Origin: an uncultured Rhabdochlamydiaceae bacterium
Lineage (GTDB): Bacteria; Chlamydiota; Chlamydiia; Chlamydiales; Rhabdochlamydiaceae
Reading direction: 5' to 3'
Assembly: GCA_963712275.1 (NCBI GenBank)
Contig: CAVQHD010000001.1
Span: forward strand, 712,362 to 776,361
DNA length: 64,000 nt
Shown: one piece after another, positions 35,086 to 44,300 of the stretch
Layout of the letters: every line of letters begins with the position of its first letter
Numbering within the stretch: position 1 is the stretch's first letter
The notes under the pieces: model-generated
Told to the model about the DNA's origin: nothing
Database searches by the model: none
The model's input: only the letters and a program-made list of their open reading frames with translations
Program-made: the position numbers and the translations under genes

Positions 35086-36588
35086 CTACGCTGTCAGTGT
35101 TTGGCAGCTGCGCTGCTCCCATCCTTTCGATAGAAGGTCCATCTTTTTATTCGAAATGCCTCCTAGAAAGTCGATGGAACCTAAAAATCTTGCTCGGCAC
35201 CGATCTTTTCCAAGGAGTTCAAAGGAGTCGTAAAGAGGAGGGCCTTGATGCTTTCCCGTGATGGCTCCATACAGAAGGGGGATAATCACTTTTTTATGAT
35301 GGACACCAAACACTTCAGCTGCCTCTTTTGAAGCTTGTTCAATGCCAGAGCGTCCCCAATTTTCTTGTTCATCCAGGCTCCAGATGATCGTTTGTAAAAT
35401 AAAGGCTGCTTTTTCTGCGAAGATGCCCGTGGGAGCAAAAAGAGGGGGTGTATAAGGAAGATGGTTGACGAAGAAAAAGGAGCAGAGTTCGATGAACTCG
35501 GCCAAGGTTTTCATGCGGGTATGGCACAGGGGCATTAGCTTTTGGATGAACTCGTCTTTAAATCCCCAGTTTTGAATCTTTGCCCAGAGCTCGCTGACAG
35601 GAACGGAATTGATGAGATATTGTTGGTTTAGCCAATCGAGTTTTTGGATATCGAAAAACGCTCCTGACACTCCAATCCGTTTGGGATCAAACGTCGTGAT
35701 GATATTCTCAAGAGAGTAAATCTCTTGATCGCTGGGCATGCTATATCCCATGAGGGTGAGGAAGTTAACAATGGCCTCTGGAAGGTATCCACTGTCTCGG
35801 TAGTAAAAGATAGAAGTGGGGTTTCGTCTTTTGGAGAGCTTTCGGCCGTCTTTCCCAAGAAGGAGCGGCATATGCATATAGTGAGGAGGCGTCCATCCAA
35901 AGCTTTCATATAAGAGAAGGTGTTTGGGGGTGGAGCTGATCCATTCGTCTCCGCGGATGACATGGGTGATTTGCATCAGATGGTCATCGACGACATTGGC
36001 GAGATGGTAGGTCGGAAACCCATCTGATTTGAGGAGGACTTGGTCATCGATATCTGACCAGGGGTAAGAGATCCGTCCTTTGATTCCATCTTCAAAAACA
36101 CAATCCCCTGTCAGAGGAACTTTAAGGCGGATGACATACGGCTCGCCTGCTTTTTCTCGCTGCGCGATCTCTGCGGGACTTAAGTTCCGATAACGGCGAT
36201 CATAACCGACGCGCTGGCCGAGCTTCGAGGCCATTTCTCTCATTTCTGCAAGCTCTTCGGGTGTGGCAAAACATTTATATGCTTTTCCTGCCTCGACAAG
36301 TTCATGACAGTGTTTGCGATAAATGTCGGTCCGCTCGGATTGTCGGTAGGGTCCATAGGGGCCTCCAACATCGGGTCCTTCATCCCACTCAAGACCCACC
36401 CATCGAAGAGCATTAAAGATATTTTTTTCATATTCGGGGCGGGACCGTGTTTGGTCGGTATCCTCAATGCGTAAGATAAATTTCCCTTTAAAGTGCTTGG
36501 CAAAAATCAGATTAAAAAGGGCGATATAAGCAGTTCCTACATGGGGGTCTCCTGTCGGAGAAGGGGCAATACGGACACGTACGGTCAT
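35086..36588 (-). CDS. gltX: Glutamyl-tRNA synthetase
   Basis: 500 aa. [15 protein letters not shown] (HIGH region) and KLSKR (KMSKS). Confidence 0.97.
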   Translation of the reverse strand: MTVRVRIAPSPTGDPHVGTAYIALFNLIFAKHFKGKFILRIEDTDQTRSRPEYEKNIFNALRWVGLEWDEGPDVGGPYGPYRQSERTDIYRKHCHELVEAGKAYKCFATPEELAEMREMASKLGQRVGYDRRYRNLSPAEIAQREKAGEPYVIRLKVPLTGDCVFEDGIKGRISYPWSDIDDQVLLKSDGFPTYHLANVVDDHLMQITHVIRGDEWISSTPKHLLLYESFGWTPPHYMHMPLLLGKDGRKLSKRRNPTSIFYYRDSGYLPEAIVNFLTLMGYSMPSDQEIYSLENIITTFDPKRIGVSGAFFDIQKLDWLNQQYLINSVPVSELWAKIQNWGFKDEFIQKLMPLCHTRMKTLAEFIELCSFFFVNHLPYTPPLFAPTGIFAEKAAFILQTIIWSLDEQENWGRSGIEQASKEAAEVFGVHHKKVIIPLLYGAITGKHQGPPLYDSFELLGKDRCRARFLGSIDFLGGISNKKMDLLSKGWEQRSCQTLTA

Positions 36589-36661
36589 CAGAGAGCCTTT
36601 TTAGGGGCGATTATCCTTAAAAGAAAGATACTTTTCAAGGTAGATCGTCGAGAGGAGAGGG

Positions 36662-36877
36662 TAGGTCACAGGAAGTTAGAATAAATGTTTGAAACTTTTG
36701 CTCACTCGGGCTTATTTCCATTTTTTCACCACAGAGGCACGGAGAGGGATGAGATTGCACAGAGGAAAAAAATCCTCTGTGCAATCTCATCCCTCTCCGT
36801 GCCTCTGTGGTGAAAAAATGGAAATAAGCCCGAGTGAGCAAAAGTTTTAAATATTTACTCCAACTTCCTGTGACCTA
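36662..36877. repeat. 216-bp palindromic element (family B, copy B3; opposite orientation, A7 loop)
   Basis: The outer arms TAGGTCACAGGAAGTTAGAATAAATGTTTGAAAC / GTTTTAAATATTTACTCCAACTTCCTGTGACCTA flank the family-B core. The core carries 3 substitutions that are mirrored in both arms. Confidence 0.85.
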
Positions 36878-38784
36878 TGCATCATGAAAATTAAGTCTTT
36901 CATAATGTTAACCGCTTCCTGTAGCTGGAGGTCGCTGGCCCCTAAAGTGGGGGTTTTTTCTGGCTGTTTGCTTGAGATGGCCTTGAGAAGGTTTTGATGG
37001 TTAAGATTATTTTTTAAACGATAGGTTGAATTAGAGACAAGTTGAGGGGAAAAGGGGTAGTAGGTTGTCGCAATAGGCTGAAGCTGTCCCTTGTAGAGTT
37101 TAGACACTTGATACCGATGGAGAATGGGAATATCGGAGAGATCGTCTTCAAAGCAGGGGGGGATTTCATCAGCTTCTAAAGGATATTTGGAAAAACGTTC
37201 TCCAATCTCCATCTCAGAAAGGGGACCTGGGACGATGATATTGGCTTTGACACCCACCTTTTGCGGGGTTTTCCCTGAGACTGTGTAATAATGGCCTCGG
37301 GTAACTTTATACTCTCCTTGAGAATTGACTTTGCCATAACTTGTCGATTCCAAGGTAAATGTTTGAAAGGTTCCCTTGCCAAAGGTCTCTGGGTCGCCGA
37401 CAATCAGAGCCCGGCCGTATTCTTGCAGCGACTGAGCGACAATTTCCGAGGAGGAAGCGCTCAATTTATTGGTGAGGATAATTAAAGGGCCGTCCCAAGT
37501 GGCTTTTGATTCGAGATTGCGGAGTCTTTGAATAAACCCGGTGTTGTCTTTGATCGAGACCACAACACCTTTATTCATGAAAAGTCCGGCAACGGAGACG
37601 GCTTGCGGAAGAAGGCCGCCTGTATTGCTGCGTAAATCGAGAATAATCCCTTCGAGCTTATGTTTTTTTTTAAGCTGCTCAATTTCTTGGGAGAGGTCAG
37701 ATGCTGAAGAGTACTCGGAATCTTGGTAGAAGGAGTTAAGCCGTAAAATTCCAATAACTCCTTTCCCAAAAGGTTCATAACCCGATTCGAAACGGCTCTC
37801 TTTTAGAACGATTTCTCCTCGGGTAATTTGAACATCAAACTGCTGGTCCTGCTGATTCTCTTTGCGTCTTAAAAATGTCAAAATAACCGAGGTTCCTTCC
37901 ACTCCTCGCACAAGCTCGACAACCTCGGTGATATCAAGGCCAACCACAGGCTGTTTGTTGACGGCAATAATCTGATCGCCGACAAGGACCTCAGGATGTC
38001 TGCTGAGCGGGCTATTGTCTAAGATTTGCACGATTGTAAAACCGCTCAGGTCATCGCGCAGATGCGCCCCAATTCCAAAGAGCCGTTGCTGCATTTGCAC
38101 CATCAGCTGGTTGGCTTCAAAAGGGGTGAAGTAGCTCGTTTGGGAATCAAGAGAAGAGGCGACAGCTTTGAGGACATAGGTTAAGACTGAATAATTGCGG
38201 GTATCGGCTTTCAGCTCGTCTTCGTGAGTGGTTCTTCGTTTGTCGAGCCGTTTTTGAAATTGCAGCTGCTCCTCGGGGTCTAAAATGCGCTCCACTGTCT
38301 TTATCTGCAGTTGATGGAGATGTTCAAGCCGCTTTTTTAACGCCTCTTTGGTTTGAACCCATGTCATATTTTTAAATTCTTCAGGGTCTACAGATTCTGC
38401 TGAAACATCTCGTGAAATTTCATTTTCCAAAGCCCGCCGTCGATCAATTGCCTTGAGCATGAGAGCGTAGATTTCCTCAAAAATGGAAAATTGATTGTTT
38501 TTGAGCTCTTTAAGGACTGTTGAGAGGAGCTCCTCAGACGGTTTTGTCCATGCAATTACTTCAGGCTCAATAAGATAACAGTAGTTTGGATCGAGCTCAT
38601 GTAGGAAATTCAAGAGAGATCTAGACACAAGTTCTTGATTTAAAACATGATGTGTTGCATGGGCGCGTAAGATTTCATCGATTTTGACCCTCACGTTGTG
38701 AGGGGTGAGTTCAGGCGGTTTTCCGACCAATAAAAGAGGAAAAAAGCAGAAAATCAGGAGATTTATCCAGCGCAATTTTATCAT
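36847..38784 (-). CDS. ctp: Carboxy-terminal processing (tail-specific) protease, S41 family with PDZ domain
   Basis: 645 aa with a signal-like N-terminus and a PDZ region. S41 motifs are present (LTNKLSASSSEIVA, GDPETFGKGT). The last 10 codons lie inside element B3. Confidence 0.9.
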   Translation of the reverse strand: MIKLRWINLLIFCFFPLLLVGKPPELTPHNVRVKIDEILRAHATHHVLNQELVSRSLLNFLHELDPNYCYLIEPEVIAWTKPSEELLSTVLKELKNNQFSIFEEIYALMLKAIDRRRALENEISRDVSAESVDPEEFKNMTWVQTKEALKKRLEHLHQLQIKTVERILDPEEQLQFQKRLDKRRTTHEDELKADTRNYSVLTYVLKAVASSLDSQTSYFTPFEANQLMVQMQQRLFGIGAHLRDDLSGFTIVQILDNSPLSRHPEVLVGDQIIAVNKQPVVGLDITEVVELVRGVEGTSVILTFLRRKENQQDQQFDVQITRGEIVLKESRFESGYEPFGKGVIGILRLNSFYQDSEYSSASDLSQEIEQLKKKHKLEGIILDLRSNTGGLLPQAVSVAGLFMNKGVVVSIKDNTGFIQRLRNLESKATWDGPLIILTNKLSASSSEIVAQSLQEYGRALIVGDPETFGKGTFQTFTLESTSYGKVNSQGEYKVTRGHYYTVSGKTPQKVGVKANIIVPGPLSEMEIGERFSKYPLEADEIPPCFEDDLSDIPILHRYQVSKLYKGQLQPIATTYYPFSPQLVSNSTYRLKNNLNHQNLLKAISSKQPEKTPTLGASDLQLQEAVNIMKDLIFMMHRSQEVGVNI

Positions 38785-38895
38785 GACCGTAAAAAATTAT
38801 CCTTCGTAGCTAATCATAGGTTATACTAAACCAACAGTTTATGACGATTAAAAAAATTTATATCATAACTGATTCATTTTCTTTGACCTACGGGC

Positions 38896-38924
38896 TTGAT
38901 TTCAATTCCTTTCTATGTCATAAT
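38896..38924 (+). promoter_or_regulatory. Candidate sigma-70-type promoter for euo
   Basis: TTGATT, a 17-bp spacer, then CATAAT, about 130 nt upstream of the euo ATG. This is a pattern match only. Confidence 0.3.
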
Positions 38925-39055
38925 TAATAGTTCATTAGGGCATAGTAACTTTAATAAATAAAAAAGGCCGTATTGATACAGAAAAAACGTTGAAACACAA
39001 TCGATTTGAGTCTATAGTGAATGGCTCAAACAAGTTATATGTTAGGAGGAATTCT

Positions 39056-39505
39056 ATGTTTAACGACTCTCAAAACCAGATGCCTGTAACTGAAGAAGTG
39101 AATGGCAAAAGGGTCGTTTCCATCACTGAAGCGGCTCGGATCAACAACGTAACGCGTCAAGCGATTTATGTTGCGATTAAGCAGCGAAAATTGAGGGCTT
39201 ATAAAGACTCAACTCGTTGGACAATTGATCTGAACGATTTAGAGGAGTATCGGAAGCACAAATATTCTCGCACGAAGTCTATGTTCGACGGGGAGCTATT
39301 GTTTGATAATGCTAAAGGTTACTATTCTGTAAATCAAGTTGCTAAGATGTTGGGCGTCCCTGCTCAAAAGATCTACTATGCGACACGAGTTGGCTTACTC
39401 AAAGCTTCTCGAAAAGGAGCAGCATGGGTCATTCACACGAATGATCTGAAATCGTATCAGGAGAACTACCTGACGAAGAAAACTGCCCAGTCACAAGCTG
39501 GATAA
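39056..39505 (+). CDS. euo: EUO-like DNA-binding protein (chlamydial late-gene repressor homologue; two excisionase/MerR-type HTH repeats)
   Basis: The ATG at 39056 is preceded by AGGAGG. The ORF-track TTG at 38990 is unlikely. Repeated HTH segments: ITEAARINNVTRQAIYVAIKQRKL and VNQVAKMLGVPAQKIYYATRVGLL. Its position next to recJ-secDF matches the order I recall for C. trachomatis. Confidence 0.75.
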   Translation: MFNDSQNQMPVTEEVNGKRVVSITEAARINNVTRQAIYVAIKQRKLRAYKDSTRWTIDLNDLEEYRKHKYSRTKSMFDGELLFDNAKGYYSVNQVAKMLGVPAQKIYYATRVGLLKASRKGAAWVIHTNDLKSYQENYLTKKTAQSQAG

Positions 39506-39533
39506 TTGGCTTTAATTAAGTAGCAATACTTTA

Positions 39534-39580
39534 AGAGGCAATGCCTAAAGTTCACCTTTAGGCGTTGCCTCTTTTTTTTG
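39534..39580 (+). terminator. Rho-independent terminator downstream of euo
   Basis: A 17-bp stem (16 paired, one mismatch), AGAGGCAATGCCTAAAG / CTTTAGGCGTTGCCTCT, with a 5-nt loop, followed by T8. Confidence 0.7.
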
Positions 39581-39601
39581 TTAAGAGTTTGCAAGCACCC
39601 T

Positions 39602-41344
39602 CTAAATTACAGTGAAATCGCGGACTTGCAGCTGGATGCTCGTTTTGTTTAGAAATGTGTTGACATGAGGGCTGAAGGCGAGATGAATGGAGAGGTTTTT
39701 CTTCAAAAGTTCTTGTCTTCGTTCGGCCATCCCAAACCCAATCCCTTCGAGCATGAGGCCATGTTGATCCACAAAATAGAGTTTTAGATGGGATTTTCCA
39801 ATCACTTTGGGAGGCCAGATCTGTTTAACATCGCAATAAAAAATAGGGGCTGGATTTCCGTTTCCAAAAGGTTCAAGAAGATGGAGTGATTCCATAAAGT
39901 CAAACGTGAGGTCGGCAAATGAGATTTTAGCGTTAAGATAAAGCTTAGACCTCATATCCTGATCTTTGAGAGAGCGGGAGACAGACTGAATGAATTTTTC
40001 TTTAAATTGAGGGATTTTACTCTCTTCAATGATGAGTCCTGCGGCATAATCATGACCTCCAAAGTTGAGTAAAAGATCTCCATGCTCTTTAAGGGTTGGA
40101 AGGAGGGGAAACTCAGGAATGGTTCGAAGGGACCCTTTTCCGATGCCTTGGTCAATTGCAATGATGAGTGTGGGTCTATTATCCCGTTTGGCAATGCGCG
40201 CTGTAATGATGGGAATGATTCCTGGGTGAAGTTTGTCGGAATAAAGTACAATGGCTTTTTCTTTTAAAATCTCGGGGCGTTTGGAGAGCAGGGCATCAAT
40301 ATATTCGGAGTCTTTACGCTCAATCGTCTGCCGCTGATGATTATGGGTTTCTAGTTCTTTAGCGAGAAGTTCTGCGGTATGGGGATCGCGGCTTAAGAGA
40401 ATTTTAACTCCTTTATTGGGATCGGCAATCCGGCCTAAGCTATTGATGGGAGGGGCTACTTTTGAGGCGATTTCCAAGGGGGAGATTTCTGAGAGACGAA
40501 CGCCCAGAAGCTGGCACAGTTTCGCAAGCCCAATCCGTTTTGTTTTTCGCAATTGCCTGAGTCCATATCGAACCAAAATTCGGTTTTCTCCGATAAGTGA
40601 AGCCATGTCGGCAATTGTTCCAAGTGCAACGAGGTCAAGATACCGTTTAAGATCAATTTTACCGGCGCTCAATTTTCCTTCCTCAACCAGCTGGTTAGAG
40701 ACGGCGTGGGCGAGCTTGAAGGCAACGCCGACTCCGGTGATATCTCGATTAGGGTAAGTGCTTCCTTGAACTTTGGGGTTTAGGGTTGCAACACAAGAGG
40801 CAAGGCGTGCTGTCGGTTCATGGTGATCGGTGACGATGATATCAATCTTGCGGCTTAAAGCCTCTTTGCTTTCACTTGCAGCTGTGATTCCGCAATCGAC
40901 TGTAATCAAAAGAGTGCATTGATGAGCTGTTGCGTAAGAGAGGGCATCGAGCATGAGGCTTTGATTTAGGGAGGTTCGGTTCGAGATATAAGAAAAAACA
41001 GGGGTTCCTAGATACTCGAAAAATTCTGTTAAGAGAGTGGTCCCCGTGATTCCATCGACATCGTTATCTCCATAAATCAAAATGGGTTCTTTCTCTTGCA
41101 AAGCTTTTAAAACGCGGGCGACAGCTTTGTCCATATCAAGAAAAAGGTCAGGATCGTGCAGATCAGGAAGTTTTGCATAGAGAAAATCATGAATTTCATC
41201 GAGGCCGTCAAAATCCCTGGAGCCCAACACCTGAGCGGTCACAGGATGAATCTTGAATTCATCGATAATTTCCTTGACCCAGGCAGGATCTTGCTTGGGA
41301 TAAATCCAAAGTGGTGACTCTAGTTTTCGATTTTTAAGATTCAC
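39602..41344 (-). CDS. recJ: Single-stranded-DNA-specific exonuclease RecJ
   Basis: DHH/DHHA1 motifs (YGDNDVDGITG, DCG, VTDHH, GGHDYAAG). The ORF-track start at 41476 would overlap secDF by 143 nt. I prefer the in-frame GTG at 41344, which overlaps by 11 nt, but this is uncertain. Confidence 0.9.
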   Translation of the reverse strand: MNLKNRKLESPLWIYPKQDPAWVKEIIDEFKIHPVTAQVLGSRDFDGLDEIHDFLYAKLPDLHDPDLFLDMDKAVARVLKALQEKEPILIYGDNDVDGITGTTLLTEFFEYLGTPVFSYISNRTSLNQSLMLDALSYATAHQCTLLITVDCGITAASESKEALSRKIDIIVTDHHEPTARLASCVATLNPKVQGSTYPNRDITGVGVAFKLAHAVSNQLVEEGKLSAGKIDLKRYLDLVALGTIADMASLIGENRILVRYGLRQLRKTKRIGLAKLCQLLGVRLSEISPLEIASKVAPPINSLGRIADPNKGVKILLSRDPHTAELLAKELETHNHQRQTIERKDSEYIDALLSKRPEILKEKAIVLYSDKLHPGIIPIITARIAKRDNRPTLIIAIDQGIGKGSLRTIPEFPLLPTLKEHGDLLLNFGGHDYAAGLIIEESKIPQFKEKFIQSVSRSLKDQDMRSKLYLNAKISFADLTFDFMESLHLLEPFGNGNPAPIFYCDVKQIWPPKVIGKSHLKLYFVDQHGLMLEGIGFGMAERRQELLKKNLSIHLAFSPHVNTFLNKTSIQLQVRDFTVI

Positions 41345-44300
41345 TGGACAAAGACTCTTGCTCTCGATTGTGGAAGAATTGCATGAGGGGAGCTGCGATA
41401 AAGAGCGAAGAAAGAGTTCCGAAGACCACCCCAATGGCCATGACAAGTGCAAATCCAAATAAGGTGCTGCCTCCAAGAAGAATCAGCGGGATGAGGACCA
41501 GAAGGGTGATACCTGAAGTCATGAGTGTTCGGCTTAAGGTCACATTTAAAGCGTGGTTGATAATTTCTGAGAGGGACCGCTTTCTCATGGCTTGCACATC
41601 TTCTCGGATCCTATCAAAGATGATGATTGTGTCATTCAAAGAATATCCAACAATTGTCATGAGGGCTGCCACGGTATGAAGATCAATTTGAAGAGGAAGA
41701 CCTAAGACATTTAAGAGAGCAAGAACGCATAAGCAGAAAACGACATCATGAATGAGACAAAGCGTTGCGGAAACAGCATATTTGAACTCAAAGCGGAGCG
41801 TGATATAGGCTAAAATACAGAGGAGAGCAATGCTCATTCCTATGACAGCGCTTGTCTGCATTGTCTGAGACATTTGTCCGCTGATCGAGGTCCAATGTTC
41901 TCCTAAATCTTGAAGAACGGCGGGAGAGAGTTGAATATTTGACGCTTGAAGCGCTTGTACAATCCATGTGATTTTCGCATTCCCTTCATAAGGGTAGCCT
42001 TCAGTATTGATTGGGGCATTTGTTTGATAGAAGGGCCCCCCTTTTTGATCTAAGCTGTGGCTTAAGAAAATACGAACTTGATTCGAAGGGTGGAGCTCTC
42101 GAATCTGAAACTGTTGGGAAGATAATCCTTGGTTAGAAAGAGCTTCTTCAACTTGGGCTCGGTAATTGTTTTGGGAAGAGATGGGAAGGTCGACTGTGAG
42201 TGCATACCCTCCTGTAAAATCCATTCCCAAAATGGTCTTCTGATGAGAAATAAAACAGCAAGTGCCCACTAAAATAACAATGGCAGAGACAAGGAGGGTC
42301 GGTTTTGTAAACCTTAAAAAGTCGAAATGGGTTGAGCGAATCAAATTAGCCATTTTGAGCTCTCGATGATGTGGATTTAAAACCCACCAGCTGAAGAAAA
42401 AGCGGGTCATAAATAAGGCTGTAAAGAGCGAGGAGATAATTCCAATGATGAGAGTAATTGCAAACCCTCGGATGGGTCCTGCGTCAAAGTTCAGGAGAAT
42501 CAGGGCCGCAATAATCGTCGTAATATTGGAATCGACAATGGCCGAAAGGGCTTTCCGGTATCCTGCATGGACCGCAGAGGCAATGCGGCCTGTGGCAGCA
42601 AACTCTTCCCGGATTCTTTCAAAGACAAGGACGTTGGCGTCAACAGCCATTGCCACTGTTAAGATAATTCCGGCGATCCCGGCGAGGGTGAGGGTCGCCC
42701 CTAAATTTTGGAGCGTTGCCCACATGATCAGAAGGTTGAGAATCACAGCGACGGAAGCGACAACTCCTCCAAATCGGTAGTAGGCGATCATGGTTCCAAT
42801 AGCTAAGATGAGCGCTGTGATTGTCGCGGCGATCCCGTGGATTCGCTCCTGGCTTCCGAGCTCGGGGCTGACGTTTTTTTCTGATAAAATACGTGGGGTA
42901 AAGCTGAGAGAGCCGGCTTTGAGGTCCGACTCCAGCCGACTGATTTCTCGTTGGGTAAAACTGCCTGTGATTGAAGCGCTCTCCCGCAAGACAGAGTCAA
43001 CTGTTGGGGCTGTGATCACAGAGCCGTTTAAAATCACGGCCATTCTCCAGCCGCTCCCTCGAGAATAGGCTTCCAAAGGGGTACCAGAGATTTTTTCTTT
43101 TGCGAACTGGGAAGTCCAGGCTTGAAGGTCATCCCTTGGAGTTAACTTGGCTCCATCTTTGGTAACGGAAGAGCCTTGAACTCCAAACCCTAGAAAATTC
43201 CCTTTCGATGAGTCATAGGAGGCACGGATATTTTCTAAGCTCGACCCTTCTAGGGCATAGTTGCGAAAAACGATCAAAAGAGGATGGGTTTGCCCATGCC
43301 AATCGGTGAAGTCATCTCCTCGATAACAGCCGATTTTAGAAAAGGTTTCATCAAAAATGGAGCTTCCGCCTCCATCTTGAGGGAAGGCAAGACGAAGGCC
43401 GGCATCATAGAGGGTCTTGGCAGCTGCACTGCGAGGCTGCACGGCCTCTTCTAGGCCAGACGACTCCCCATAGAGATGACGACAGGCGATGGTATTGATT
43501 TCTTCGCTTTCTTTTTTTCCAGTGACAACAGCTTCATTCCAGACATCTTGCAAGAAACGGTGCGTTGCATCAGCAAGTGTTGGACTCAGCATAAATTTTT
43601 CATTGACGAGATGGAAAAACATCGAAGAGGCTTTTACGAGCTCTGCTGCAGAAAGCGATTGAGATCCGGGGAAGTCAAGCGCAATGGAATTGCCTTCTTG
43701 TCGAATTGTGACTTCTGCAACACCCATTTTGTTGACACGGTTATAAAGCTCGCTCATTCCTTGCCGGATATCGCTTTCATTTGTGACAAGATTGTTATGA
43801 GTATCTCGCAGCTCTAGTTGGACTGTTTTTCCGCCTGAGAGATCAAGCCCCCAACGGATGATTTTTCGTTCATCGCCTCGGAAATATTTCACGAAGCTCA
43901 GCTTGAGGTTGTCCCAGAGCACATTTTTCGTTGGGGCGGGAACATCAAATTTTTTTGCTCCCTTTAAATCGACCCTAGCAGCACGGTAATCATCTCTCCA
44001 TTTCAGGAGCTCTTCATGAATTTGATTGTCAATTTTATTTTCAGTTAAAATGCGCTCTTCAAAATTTGAAAATTCTAAGAGGGCGTACCGTTTTGTCCCA
44101 TGGACGGAGAACGATTCGCGGGTTGCTTTGAGAAGATCTTGGTAATAATCTTCATGTTCAAAAATAAAATCAGATTTGAACTGAGATGCAATGGGATAGG
44201 CAGCTCCGGAATATCCGATAAAGCCGTTTTTTTGCAAAAGTGTCCGTAGGTTATTAAAATCTTGTAAAAATTCTTTAGCACTTTCTTCTGTACCTGATGG

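Noticed and set aside
41345-41476. Over-extended ORF-track starts: recJ to 41476 (143-nt overlap with secDF), euo from TTG 38990, tsaE to 21449 and the AAA ATPase to 33945.
   Set aside because: The track uses the most upstream ATG/GTG/TTG. Alignment-based expectations, ribosome-binding sites and overlaps with upstream genes favour the shorter starts given in the feature list.
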